A stretch of 64,000 nt of DNA, taken from positions 95,532 through 159,531 of the forward strand of contig NIVC01000993.1 in NCBI GenBank assembly GCA_002269645.1. The letters are read 5' to 3'. Origin of the DNA: Macrostomum lignano (lineage: Eukaryota). Under the pieces are notes generated by a model. It ran no database searches and was not told the origin of the DNA. It worked only from the letters and a program-made list of their open reading frames with translations. Position 1 is the first letter of the stretch. Every line of letters starts with the position of its first letter. Both the position numbers and the translations under genes were made by a program. Below are positions 10,564 through 22,794 of this stretch, one piece after another.

Positions 10564-11540
10564 GACTTCTGGGAGTCACGGGGGTTACGGAACTTCAGCG
10601 GCTCATATCTTGGGTTAGGGGCTGACGCTCATTCCTTCTTGGGGGTTCACATCTTGGCGGCTGGTTCATCAGCTGGGGCCTGTACTGCTGCTGAGGTTGC
10701 GGCCTGTACTGCTGCTGAGGTGGCTGTCTGTACTGCTGCTGGGGTGGCTGTCTATACAACTGAGGGTTTGGCTGTCTGTACTGCTGAGGAGGTGGCTGCC
10801 TATACTGTTGCTGGGGAACACCTGAGATGACGGGGCGCATTGCGCTGTTTCGGCCAGTTGTTTCTGCAGGTTCTGAATAAGCCTTTCTTGGCGGTCAATT
10901 TGGTTCTGCTGATTGATGATCAATTGATCAGTTTTAGCCTTATTCTCCTCTTTCTCTTCTTTAGTCACTTGGATTCCACCTTTGTGGGACATCTGGTAAG
11001 CAGCTTCAATTCTGCGCAGCATTCTGTGGGCGGCTTGGAGACTAGCCGGTTGGGCAAGGATCAGCTTCTCACGGGTGTCGGGAGGGGTTCTCACACCTTT
11101 AATAAATTGTTCGACAAGTTCTTCTTCTCTCTACTCAGCATCCATGTTCAGGAATGCGTGGGAGGCTAATTCTATTAGGGCATCGGCAAAGCTATTAGTG
11201 GATTCGTTTCTGCCTTGGCAGCAATTCCTAAACTCTTCGCGAAATTCGGCGGAGCTACCTACTTTTCCAAATCTTTCGATTAGTCTTTCTTTGAACTCTT
11301 CATAGGGGAGATTAGCTGGGAGGTTGAGGCGTTGAACTGCTGCAAATGCAGTGCTCAGGTCTAAATTGGTAAGCAGTTCCTGCTTCCGGTTTTCTTCTTC
11401 TATGCCTTCGTTTTCACATCTCTGGTCAAATGCGGTAAGCCAAACTCTAATATCTTGGCTGGGAAGGTACTTCTGGATCTTTACATGTCTGAGGGGGCCT
11501 AATTCGAGTCAGTTGCAAGGGCATCGTTAACTGCGGCCAT
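10554..11540 (-). pseudogene. gag: gag (frameshifted, one internal TAG)
   Basis: ATG 11540. After an early frameshift it reads ...VKIQKYLPSQDIRVWLTAFDQRCENEGI...FKERLIERFG...EELVEQFIKG. TAG at 11133-11131. Q/P-rich QQYRQPP repeats. Ends SGN-TGA at 10554. Confidence 0.8.
10557..10563 (-). promoter_or_regulatory. -1 ribosomal frameshift slippery heptamer G GGA AAC at the gag/pol junction
   Basis: An XXXYYYZ heptamer is in frame with gag immediately before its stop. The -1 frame is open for 53 codons into ORF 9979-10398. Confidence 0.75.
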
Positions 11541-11606
11541 ACTACTTCAGGGATTGGAAAGGGAAATTAGGCTGGGGTTGCGCGTTTCTCCAGATTCTGA
11601 TCCTTT

Positions 11607-11619
11607 ACCGCTGCCACCA
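11607..11619 (-). promoter_or_regulatory. Primer binding site, probably tRNA-Leu
   Basis: TGGTGGCAGCGGT lies 3 nt inside the 5' LTR and is complementary to ACCGCTGCCACCA, the 3' end of metazoan tRNA-Leu(AAG/TAG). Confidence 0.85.
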
Positions 11620-11622
11620 AAT

Positions 11623-12610
11623 TGTTGTAAGGGTCTGTCTCTCAGTTTAAGAATCTCACTGCTGTTACCAAAACTGTTGTAGGAGAGGGGGGTATTTATG
11701 GAACTCTTGGGATTTCTGAAAGATAGTATAATTTTATTACTAATAGGAGTAAGCCAAGGGTTGCTCCTGGTGGCGTGAGTGTCCGAGCAGCAAGACACTG
11801 TCTAAAGGTTAAACTGTCCGAGGGAGGGCTACACGGCGGATCAGAGTTGCCTGGGGAATTTTCGCACGATGGGAATTTCTAATAGCTAATAAGGAATGAT
11901 TTCATGGGGAAGAGTTCACTTAATGGAATCGTTAAGGGGGGGGCTAAGATTTCTAATAGTTAAACTTCAAAGTAGGGGAACGAAATACCGAGTCAGTTGG
12001 GAGTTAGAGTTGGGCCATATAACTGGGCGACAGTAGGTCTGGGTAGGGAGTTGGCTGAACTCCAAGTCGAATTCTGGGGTCTGGGGGTTAGGGAAGGAAA
12101 GAGAGGCGAAGCTCTTGGTCACTAGGGGATAGGGGATGAGGTAATCACTGAGCGTGTCTGCAGGGTTGGAGGGGGGGAAAGCTGTACGCTTATAGCTGGA
12201 CAGATTCGTGGGGAGAGGGGAGAGTCTGTACGCTTCGGCTGAACAGGCCTTGGGAAAGGGCTGAACACCTAAATAAAGAACAGTGAGTCAGGCAGTGCCC
12301 AATTACAACCTTTGTATTAGCCAACCTCTTAAAGGAGAGTGGGCCACACAAGGAGGAAGAAGAAGTCTCTCCTGATGTTACAATCGCTTGCTTATATAGT
12401 ATATTTTGGCAAAATGTCAGACAATTTTAAACAAACATTTTACTAGATAACAATTTTTTACTAATATTCAAGTGCGCATTTATATTTTTAAGAAAAAGAA
12501 AACATTATACAAGCTCACATATTTTATGATATTGAAGGCAGAAATTTAGTCGTGAAGGCAACGAAGAATAAGGTATTAAGATGCATTGCTATAATAAACT
12601 GCCTGCCTCA
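11623..12610 (-). repeat. 5' LTR
   Basis: Direct repeat of 3324-4310, followed on the minus strand by the PBS. Confidence 0.97.
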
Positions 12611-12644
12611 TAAGGAATATAATTGTTAGACGTTTGATTCTCCC

Positions 12645-14707
12645 AAAGGATTACGATAGGAGAGTGGCTGAATTCCCTGGAGGAATGGGATGGGAGAGAG
12701 GCTCGATTCCTCAAAGGATTGGGAAAGGGGACTGACTGGATTCCCTAGAGGATTTGGACAGGAAAGCAGCTAAATTCCCTAGAAGATTGGGAAAGGGGAG
12801 TGGCTGGATTTTCCAGCGGATTGGGAAGGGAGAGTGGCTGGATTCCCTAGGGGATTTGTAAAGGGGAGTGGCTGGATTCCCCAGAGGATTGGGAAAAGAA
12901 AGCACCTAAATTCCCCAGAGGATTGGGAAAAGAGAGTGGCTAGATTTTTCAAAGGATTAGGAAAAGAAAGCACCTAAATTCCCTAGCCAGAGGATTTGGA
13001 AAAGAGTGGCTAGATTTTCCAGAGGATTGGGAAAGAGAAGTGGCTGGATTCCCCAGAGGATTAGTAAAGGGGAGTGACTGGATTCCCCAGAGGATTGGGA
13101 AGGGAGAGTGGATGGATTCCTCAGAGGATTGGGAAAAAGAAGCAGCTAAATTCCCCAGAAGATTGGGAAGGGGGACTGACTGGATTCCCTAGAGGATTTG
13201 GATAAAAAAGCACCTAAATTCCCCAGAGGATTGGGAAAAGAGAGTGGCTGGATTCCCCAGAGGATTGGGAAAAGAGAGTGGCTGGATTCCCCAGAGGATT
13301 GGGAAAAGAGAGTGGCTGGATTCCCCAAAGGATTGGGAAAAGAGAGTGGCTGGATTCCCCAGAGGATTGGGAAAGAGAAGTGGCTGGATTCCCTAAAGGA
13401 TTTGAATAAGAAAGCAGCTAGATTATTCAGAGGATTGGGAAAGGGGAGTGTTTGGATTCCTTAGAAGATCTGGATAAGAAAGCAGCTGGATTCCCTAGAG
13501 GATTGAGAAGGGAGGGTGGCTGAATTCCCTAGAAGATTCGGAATTGGGAGTGGCTAGATGCCCTAGAAGATTTAGATAAGAAAGCAGCTAAATTCCTAGA
13601 GGATTGAGATAGAAAAGTGGCTAAATTTCTTAGATGATTAAGATAAGAGAGAGGATAGATTACTTAAAGGACTGATAGAGCTAGTTATAGAGCTAGTTAT
13701 AGAGCTACTAGATTCTTTAAAGGATTATGATTAAGATAAGGGAAAGCTACATTGTTAGACAAATTAAGGCTAGGCTTAAGGATAAAGTAGCTTTTAAAGA
13801 TTAATTTAAACTAAAAAATTCAAATAAGGATTATAGCTAGAAAAGAAACTAAATTGAAAAAAAATATTAAGGCTAAAAAATTGTATCTAATCTAAAAATA
13901 CTAAGGCTAAGGAAAAGCTAGATTTGTAAAAAGATTAGGATTAGAAAAATGTTGGATATAAATTTGATATAAATTTGCAAGCTATAAGTATAAGCCTAGC
14001 TAGTATAGGGCCCAACTATTTTATAATGATATATTTTAATAACAAATAATTATAGTAGAGGCTTAGCATTGACTAAAAATAAATGAACAAAGATAGGTCT
14101 TTATAAATTAAAAAGATCTATATACAGTATACCCTACATAATAGGCCTATATAGAGGGTTAGGCCTTTTTTATTAAATGTTTTAAGGTATTATAAATAGA
14201 CAGTTCCCTGATAACAGTAAACAGTTCTCATTCTGATTTAAATACTCTACACTTTGCAATGCAACTAGTAATATTGCAGTAACATTGAAACTTCTTTCCA
14301 CTGTTTGAACTAATCCATCGATCTATATTAAAAACAGCAAAATAACGATTTTAATTATGCGCGGAAAGTAGTTCATTGGATTTATACATAAGCCCGCTTT
14401 TAATTGAGTAGAAGACATGTCACCGTGGCATATGACATGGCATTTACCCGATCTTATGCACTCGTTTTTGTACCTTTAGTCGGGGTTTTTATCAATGCCA
14501 CTCGGGTGAATTATGTTATGCAACATGTAAACAAACTATAACAAATTATTTCACTTTGCTTAAAATATTGGCAACTAAGTTATGCATGAATTAATAATCA
14601 AGATAATTGTTATCAATATTATAATCAAAATACATTATTATTTATCTAAAAACATCCCCACCACTGATTAGTTGTTTCGTCTGCCGGCAGACGATTTGAC
14701 AGCAGAT
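12645..14707 (-). repeat. Right arm of the inverted repeat
   Basis: About 1.1 kb of 33-bp units (12645-13740), then an AT-rich segment reverse-complementary to 1-~960. The true outer end may lie beyond 14707. Confidence 0.9.
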
Positions 14708-16079
14708 GAAACAATTGCATCCCTTAAAATGCAATCAGTTTCTCAGTCAGTATCACTTCTCTATTAAAGTTGGCAAGAAAATAAAAGGCAATAATATGGT
14801 AATGCAATCCAAATCAACTCCAAGTTTCAATGCAGTCTTGTAGTGGAAATAATGTTTTATGGTGACACAATTAAGCTAGTCAACTGATAATATATGATAA
14901 ATATAAGCCAGTTGTGATCCAATCTTTATCAAAATTGGAATTTAGTCATTTTTATTTATAATGATTGCCCATGGCATTAAAAGCATTATAAAGTCGTAAA
15001 GACTTGTTTTTTGAATATTTAATTCCCTTAGCATTGAGCAATTTCTTAGCTAGGACACATGCATTATCACAAGTCACAAGAAAAATTCTAATTTAATTGA
15101 ATAGTGCAAGTTTCATTAAAATTGGTTAAGCCATTTTTTCTTAAAATCAATCACATGGCTAGATAGAAACATTTCAATTTTTAGTGTATATTAGTATATG
15201 TGAAGCAAGCAAGCATACAAACCTTTGAGATTTAGTATAGGCCTATTAGGAAGGAAGTATATTAGTATATATAGGAAGGATGAAAAATTCAATATTTAAG
15301 TTGATATAGAAAATTCATAGAATTTGTAGAATTTTGTTTTGTGTATCTATTATGGCAAAAGATAAAAATCCAAGCCCCAATATGTAAAAATATAGAATAA
15401 ATAAATCTAATTTTCAGCACTAGAGAAACAAGCTAATTGTACCTATTTTTACTTCTCTATATTTGGTTATATACAATTCCAATTATAAGCTATAATGACA
15501 ATGAATAATCTAATGTTTATTTGTTTAAGTTGGTTTACCTGCTGTTAACCATTTAATAATGCAAAGTGTTTCTCCTGATATGATATATTTTTCTTCAAAA
15601 TTGTAGTCTATTACCATTTTAAAGTGTATCTAGCTAGTATGTGTTCTTGCTCTTGCTTTCATTTTTACACTTTATAATTTGAAAAACAAAGGTCAAAACC
15701 TTTGTCTACTTTCTATATAGAATTCACATATTTCTAAAATAAAGAAGCCAATTTTAAGCAAAAGAAAAAGCAGAATATTTATAACTAAGGTCAAAAATTG
15801 TTTTTTTACCATAGCTAAATATTTGATAGAGCTCTTAGTACAATTTACTTTTTATCTTCTAAACTTAGAGCAAATAAAAACTTTTAAGCCTATAAAAACT
15901 TACTATTATTATCCAGAAAAAAGAAGCACTTTAAAAATGTCACACCTAATAAGTAGAAAATAAATTTACATGTACCGGAATAGTTAACTAGTTAGTTAGC
16001 TTCAATTCAATGACACAAAATAATGTTAAATGTTAAATATTAAAAGAGGTTAAACACTTATGTAATTATAGCACTTTTT

Positions 16080-17100
16080 CACTTCTATTGTTTTTGTAGT
16101 GGCCCTTGCTCTTTAGAGCAATTACCTAAAACACACCTACGAGTAAGTCTACATCATTACAATTCTTTCTCCATCTCTTTAGCCTTTTTTGCTTTTTTCA
16201 GCCATCTACTCATTTTTAGCAGTTTGCTTATTTTTAGCTGTCTGCTCATCTTTAGCTATCTGCTCAATTTTAGCCATCTGCTCATCTTTAGCTGTCTGCT
16301 CAATTTAGTACACATACTAAACTTGGGTAAAAACACTTTTTAATAAGCATTTTGGAACAGAGCAGGCAATCTCAATATGTCAAATGGCCTCCTTTATATG
16401 TAACTTTACCTGTTGCCTACCCGGCTTAAAAGCAGGGTGGTAACTATAAGATAAAAACTTCCTATTATTGCTCTCCAACCACAATGGGCCCATTTTGACA
16501 GCTCTGAGCTATACTAAAACAGTCTGACAACACTTGGTCTACAAGTCTTTTTTTACAAATGATAGCAACACTATTCCCAAAAGCGATACTGAAACCACCA
16601 TTGGTCAAGTACTTCTAACCAATACCACTGACAGTATAAACATTACAACTAGGCATTCATAAGCTGAGCAATTTAGTTGCCTCTTTTATATTTGTAGCCT
16701 AAAGTTGAATACCAACCATAAAATTCTTTATTCAACAAAGACAATGGCAAGGGGCCTTGACCATCAAATATAGTGAAAGCATCTTTAACAAAAGCCTGCA
16801 ATAAATATATAAAGGAAAGCATTTTTAAGTAATTTGTCTTTAAGCAACAAATAATGTAATTTAACAACAAAAATGTATATGTACTAAAAATATACCCTCT
16901 ACATAACCCTACAGAACTACATATATCAACTTCCATGACTCTACTTTTGTGAATAAGGTGAAACATGAAAACAAAACATTATTATGTTTTCTTGCTGCGG
17001 TATGTCTTATGTGATAAGATAAAGTAGAAGACAGATTAAAGTAGGATAAAGCAACTAGAGGTGCCTTAAGGGCTAGGTTGAATGCTGCCAAGATGAACTG
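16080..17100. pseudogene. Heavily decayed coding-like remnant, identity unknown
   Basis: Long frames broken mainly by TAA/TAG/TGA. An 18-bp x ~6 repeat at 16200-16310 reads EQTAKD-like on the minus strand. The sense strand is not resolved. Confidence 0.3.
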
Positions 17101-19282
17101 GGTTAGAAAATGTAATCTTTTAGTATAAACATGAAGGAAATTATCATGTTTTCTTGCTAGGGTGTCTTATATAACTTATATACTTGAAATGTATATAACT
17201 TTATGTTAAGACAAGTTAGGACCTACACAATAATACAATTAGATTATATGCTATAATCAAACTAATTAGCTTTTCATCTAGGTAGATTATCTAGCCATTA
17301 TTATATTGGTTGTTAAGCATTTATTTGAGGCAATTTTAGTTGAATGATCTCTAAAATATTTTTGACTTCATCTTGGGACTAGTCAATACATAATACTTGT
17401 AAGCCAACATTGTAATATTGGCTGATTAAGTTGCAAGAGCAAGGTTAACTATGGCTAGGTTTGTATCTATTTAATAAGATTAAGGTAGGCCTATAGTAAG
17501 TTTGGGGCTGAAACTGAAAGTGGGACTTTGGGTCATAGACAAGTTAGCTTATGGGCACTCAAAAGAAAGTACTTTTATTAAATGCAAGGAAACAAATAGA
17601 TCTAACTGGCTTAACTGCTACAATATAATAATAAAAGCATATTGAGTTCGTTTTTATTATTAGGCCTAATTTTGTAATATAAGTTTATTATTAATCATAG
17701 ACAATAAATAAATTTAAAAAGTTTTTTTTAAGTATTAAATATATAATTAAGATAACAAAGTATTAAATAAAAGTGGTAAGAGCCTAAATACTATAGGCTA
17801 GGGGCCTAAATCAAATAAAAGTCAATAATAGGCCTTGACTTGACTAAGCTACAGGGGGCTCCATGCTTCTGAAAACAGCAAGGAAGCATTGCCACCCATT
17901 TTGCTAATTCTAGTTAGTTTGATTTTTAAGTCAATAATAGGCCAATAATATACAAATAAATCTAATACTATAATAGGCCCTAATGCTTTGTAAATAGGCC
18001 TAGTTAAGTAATGAAAGCATTAAATTTAAACTCAAAAGAACTATAGGTCTATACATTCTGTTCAAGAAAGCAAAAATAAATAAACACATGGTCATGATTT
18101 CTTGCTTCGCTATATGCTATGCTATGATTATGCTATGATTGCCTTATTGTCTAAATTAGTATAGGCTATTAGCTGATATTGTTAGGCCTACAAATAGGTA
18201 CAGGGAAGAAGGTAGATAAGTAGATATACTAGACAATATAGGTAGGACATAGGCAGGCTGCATGCAAGAAGCAAGCAATCTTAATATGGTTGGCTCAATG
18301 TCAAAATCAATGCCTTAGTAGCTATAAGTCTAAGTTCATTTTGAAAAGATGATTTTCTCTTGAAAAAGCAACTTATAGAAATGTGTGAAAATATATAAAA
18401 TCTCTTCTATCAACTGATCTAGGTTAAATTTTTATATCGGCTCATATAAAAATTTGTAATATAACAATTACAAATTTTGTGATGTAATTGTTATATTAAG
18501 TGATCTGTGTGATCAAACTGCCACCTGACCTGGGACATAGCTGGCTAGGCCAATCCACAAAATACCAACACCCTAAGCTAGACTGCCTTTAAAAACTGGC
18601 TAGTGATTTTAACAAAGTAGTTTAAATTGCTACTAAATGGTAAAAAAATTATTCCTAGTTCGGAAATAATAAAATATATAAAATTTTGCCTTAAAAATAA
18701 AGTCCTTCAAAATCAAATACTTGTTTTGGTATTCACCAAAACATTAATTCGCTGAAACATTACTTTTCCAAAACAAAATGTTGCAGCACCAGCAGCAACT
18801 TATGTTCAGTTGAATGTACACTATAAGTATAATTGCGCTATTGATAAGACCCAATACAAGCATTTTGTAATTGATTCTAGATTGACTAGAATAGTACCAG
18901 TTGGTGAATATGCCTAGTATTCCTAGTTATTATATAGGCTATTAATTTGGGGCAAAAAATTATGGAGTACTTATTATAGGCACGTCCGCCATGTCTATAG
19001 GCCCTAATGTTAAGCACACATGGTAGCTTTAAATTGCAGCTATAAATTCATTTGCCTTTCAATATTAATGACACTGCTACTGGCGTTGTGCAGGTATTAT
19101 TGGCATGGCCGCTATCTCCAGTGTGAGATGCATTCTATATTGTATGGACATGGTTGCCAACTCGCCGTGTCTATAAGGCTCTAATAATATTATAGACACG
19201 GCAGCCTGGTCTACAGTCTACATTTAAAGCATAAGTTTTCGTTTTATAAAAAAAATTATAAACTTTTCATGCATTATAAGAG

Positions 19283-22200
19283 ATGCCACCTCCATCAAAG
19301 CCCAACCAGAAGACTCAGAAAAAGCCGCTGCCGCCCATAGTTGACGTCGAGGACAAGGAGGAATACACTGGAGACCGGCCCTTCTGCGTCTACTATTGCA
19401 TGTGCGGCCAGCTCGCCCTCATCATTGACTGCCCGATTGAACGGCTGCCGCAGCGACCGCGCGACAGCTCTCGGGTGCTCGACAGGCGGCGTCGGGTTTT
19501 CAAGGCGCACTTTGATCCGGTAAGGTTCGCTGACTGTACCCATTTTGCATCGTTTTATGTTGTTGTCTTATCCACTATTTAACTACCATTAATAGAATTA
19601 AGCAACCATAGAACTGAGCTAACATAAACGTGATTGAGCTACCATAGACAGAATTGAGCTACCGTAGACATAATTGAGCTACCATAGACAGAATTGAGCT
19701 AACATAAACAGAATTGAGCTACTGTAGACATAATTGAGCTACCATAGACAGAATTGAGCTACCATAGACAGAATTGAGCTACTGTAGACATAATTGAGCT
19801 ACCATAGATAGAATTGAGCTACCATAGACAGAATTGAGCTACCATAGACAGAATTGAGCTACCATAGACATAATTGAGCTACCATAGACAGAATTGAGCT
19901 ACCATAGACAGAATTGAGCTACCGTAGACATAATTGAGCTACCATAGACAGAATTGAGCTACCGTAGACATAATTGAGCTACCGTAGACATAATTGAGCT
20001 ACCATAGACAGAATTGAGCTACCATAGACATAATTGAGCTACCATAGACAGAATTGAGCTACTGTAGACATAATTGAGCTACCATAGACAGAATTGAGCT
20101 ACCGTAGACATAATTGAGCTACCATAGACAGAATTGAGCTACCATAGACATAATTGAGCTACCATAAACAGAATTGAGCTAACATAGACATAATTGAGCT
20201 ACCATAGACATAATTGAGCTACTATAGACAGAATTGAGCTACCATAAACAGAATTGAGCTACCATAAACATAATTGAGCTACCATAGACATAATTGAGCT
20301 AACATAGACATAATTGAGCTACCATAGACATAATTGAGCTACCATAGACAGAATTGAGCTACCATAAACAGAATTGAGCTAACATAGACATAATTGAGCT
20401 ACCATAGACATAATTGAGCTACTATAGACATAATTGAGCTACCATAGACATAATTGAGCTACTATAGACATAATTGAGCTACCATAAACAGAATTGAGCT
20501 ACCATAGACATAATTGAGCTACCATAGACATAATTGAGCTACCATAGACATAATTGAGCTACCATAAACAGAATTGAGCTACCATAGACATAATTGAGCT
20601 ACCATAGACATAATTGAGCTACCATAGACATAATTGAGCTACCATAGACATAATTGAGCTACCATAGACATAATTGAGCTACCATAAACAGAATTGAGCT
20701 ACCATAGACATAATTGAGCTACCATAGACATAATTGAGCTACTATAGACATAATTGAGCTACTGTAGACATAGTTGAGCTACCATAGACATAATTGAGCT
20801 ACCATAGACATAATTGAGCTACCATAGACATAATTGAGCTACCATAGACATAATTGAGCTACTATAGACATAATTGAGCTACTGTAGACATAGTTGAGCT
20901 ACCATAGACATAATTGAGCTACCATAGACATAATTGAGCTACCGTAGACATAATTGAGCTACCATAGACATAATTGAGCTACTATAGACATAATTGAGCT
21001 ACCATAGACATAATTGAGCTACCATAGACATAATTGAGCTACCATAGACATAATTGAGCTACCATAGACAGAATTGAGCTACCATAGACAGAATTGAGCT
21101 AACATAGACATAATTGAGCTACCATAGACATAATTGAGCTACCATAGACATAATTGAGCTACCATAGACATAGTTGAGCTACCATAGACATAATTGAGCT
21201 ACCATAGACATAATTGAGCTACCATAGACATAGTTGAGCTACCATAGAGCTACCAATTAAGATACATGATACAATTAATTGATTTTGCATCAAATTCTGT
21301 AATAGACGAATTCACAATGGCAAAAGTATTTCGATCACCCAGGTGCACCGGGAGGAGGCTCTCATTCGCTGGCCAGACGATGCCGCAGTTGAGCGTCAAA
21401 TTCGTCGCCGATGCAAGCGCTGCGCTTTGCCGCTGTTCTACCAGCATCCGGACGAACTTGGCCGACTGGACCCGGCCAAGCCGGCCTTCTTATTGCCGGA
21501 CGCTGTCCGAGAAACTGCTGGCAATAGCGGCCAGGAGGGAGCAGCCGCGGCTGCCAGCGCCGAAGCCATTGTTGGCCGGCTTAATCAGGATAAGAAGGTG
21601 AGTTTCTTGCGTGTGTCTCGGTTCTCTGCCCACCGCCCTCTAGTAGTGTATAACGGTTGGGAATCTGTAGGCTAGTCTAAAATGGGCTGTAGCCTAGTGG
21701 TTAGAGCGTCTAAATCACGAATGAAAGGTCGGGGGTTCGATTCCCGATCCACTCGGAACAATTCCTGTCCTTGAGCAAGACACTTAACTCTGCATTGCTT
21801 CAGTTCACATAGTAAACTGGGTGCCAGCATTAGCTGGGGTAATTGAGGCTGTGTGTGGCGACCTCCTGAACAGCCGTACGCAGCCTTCAGATGCGCCGCG
21901 CAATACCTGCGGCTGAGCTGTTGGTTGCACATCTGCCCATTAGGGTAGGTGTAATCAATTATTATTATTATTACTATTATTATCTCAAAACTGAGGCGGA
22001 GGGCCGTGGCCTAGTGGTCTAGCGCGGGGCTCTGATTTGCCAGCGGCCCAGGCTCGATTCCCAGTGCAGTCACATTAATTTGGGGCTGAATTGGAATTAG
22101 CGCCCTGAGCCGACCCCCAAGGCACAGTGAAGTGTACATGCCTAAGGATAAAGTTAGGGCCGCTGTGCACTCCTGTGTGAGTGTGTGCCTGTGCGTATGA

Positions 22201-22720
22201 CTGCGTACGTATCCGCGCGCTTGTGTGCCTGCTCAGGTGAGTCGGCAGAATGGGCAGTAAGGCCTCTCGCTGCCCCTAATAAAAAGCTCAGAACTTCACA
22301 AGTATTTACAAGTTCAAAACTTTGCTGGGCAGTAAGGCCTCTCGCTGCCCCTAATAAAAAGCTCAGAACTTCACAAGTATTTACAAGTTCAAAACTTTGC
22401 AAGCTCGTAATTTTTCAAAGTTAAATTTGTGACTTTGCTGTCAAAAAATTCGAATATTTAACATTCGTCATTAATTACAGGTGATGCTAACCAGACGACG
22501 TCGCGATATGGGCAAGTTCTCCTCCGTGACTGTGTCCACTATTGAAGCCGATCAGGAGGAGGTTGAGGCCAGAGAAATCGCCGACTCATACGCCGCCAAT
22601 GCTCGCATAGTTGAGAAGCAGCTGCTGCGCAAAGGCGTCATCAGGAAGCGATTAGTGGAAGAGCGCAATCAGGATGCGCAGGCGAAACGTCAGGCTAGGG
22701 GGACGCTTATCGACTATTGA
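19283..22720 (+). CDS. STEEP1: STING ER exit protein (CXorf56/UPF0428 family), 243 aa, 3 exons
   Basis: Exons 19283-19519, 21343-21597 and 22481-22720, all phase 0 with GT-AG. Motifs [73 protein letters not shown]. Confidence 0.93.
19605..21250 (+). repeat. 20-bp minisatellite filling STEEP1 intron 1
   Basis: (ACCATAGACAKAATTGAGCT)n, about 80 units. Confidence 0.98.
21684..21983 (+). mobile_element. tRNA-derived SINE, family A
   Basis: A box TAGCCTAGTGG, B box GGTTCGATTCCC, body motif GTCCTTGAGCAAGACACTTAAC, (ATT)n tail. Confidence 0.85.
22000..22287 (+). mobile_element. tRNA-derived SINE, family B copy 1
   Basis: A/B-box-like head (TGGCCTAGTGG, GGCTCGATTCCC). The body is shared with 40693-41048 and 62532-62732. 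Confidence 0.85.
22251..22400 (+). repeat. Exact 75-bp tandem duplication spanning the SINE 3' end and flank
   Basis: 22251-22325 equals 22326-22400. Confidence 0.9.
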
Positions 22721-22794
22721 TTCTGCGTTTGATTTGGATTTGTTTCATTGTAATATGTGATTAAGACACTAAACTTACTCTTTACTTACTGTCA

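Larger units (their letters stand above)
3324..12610 (-). mobile_element. Full-length Ty3/Gypsy LTR retrotransposon (9287 bp)
   Basis: Two ~987-bp LTRs with TG...CA ends. 4-bp TSD TAAG at 3320-3323 and 12611-12614. PBS present. Domain order gag, PR, RT, RNase H, IN. Confidence 0.97.
1..14707. mobile_element. Foldback-like element: long inverted arms around a short spacer, secondarily expanded by nested insertions
   Basis: Bases 1-67 are the exact reverse complement of 14641-14707. Near-identity continues from 1 to ~1150 versus ~13540-14707. The inner part of each arm is a tandem array of a ~33-bp unit (GAGGATTGGGAAAGGGGAGTGGCTGGATTCCCCA) with different copy numbers. The left terminus lies outside the window, so no TSD can be seen. 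Confidence 0.85.

Noticed and set aside
1-14707. Inverted repeat as a long-read foldback artefact
   Set aside because: The arms differ by transitions, by subrepeat number and by a TSD-flanked insertion in one arm only.
19605-21250. CRISPR-like look of the regular arrays (also 30170-31075 and others)
   Set aside because: Units are head-to-tail with no unique spacers, there are no cas genes, and the context is eukaryotic.
21684-22070. tRNA genes at the SINE heads
   Set aside because: A/B boxes are present, but no complete cloverleaf is evident and they continue into SINE bodies, one family with three copies here.
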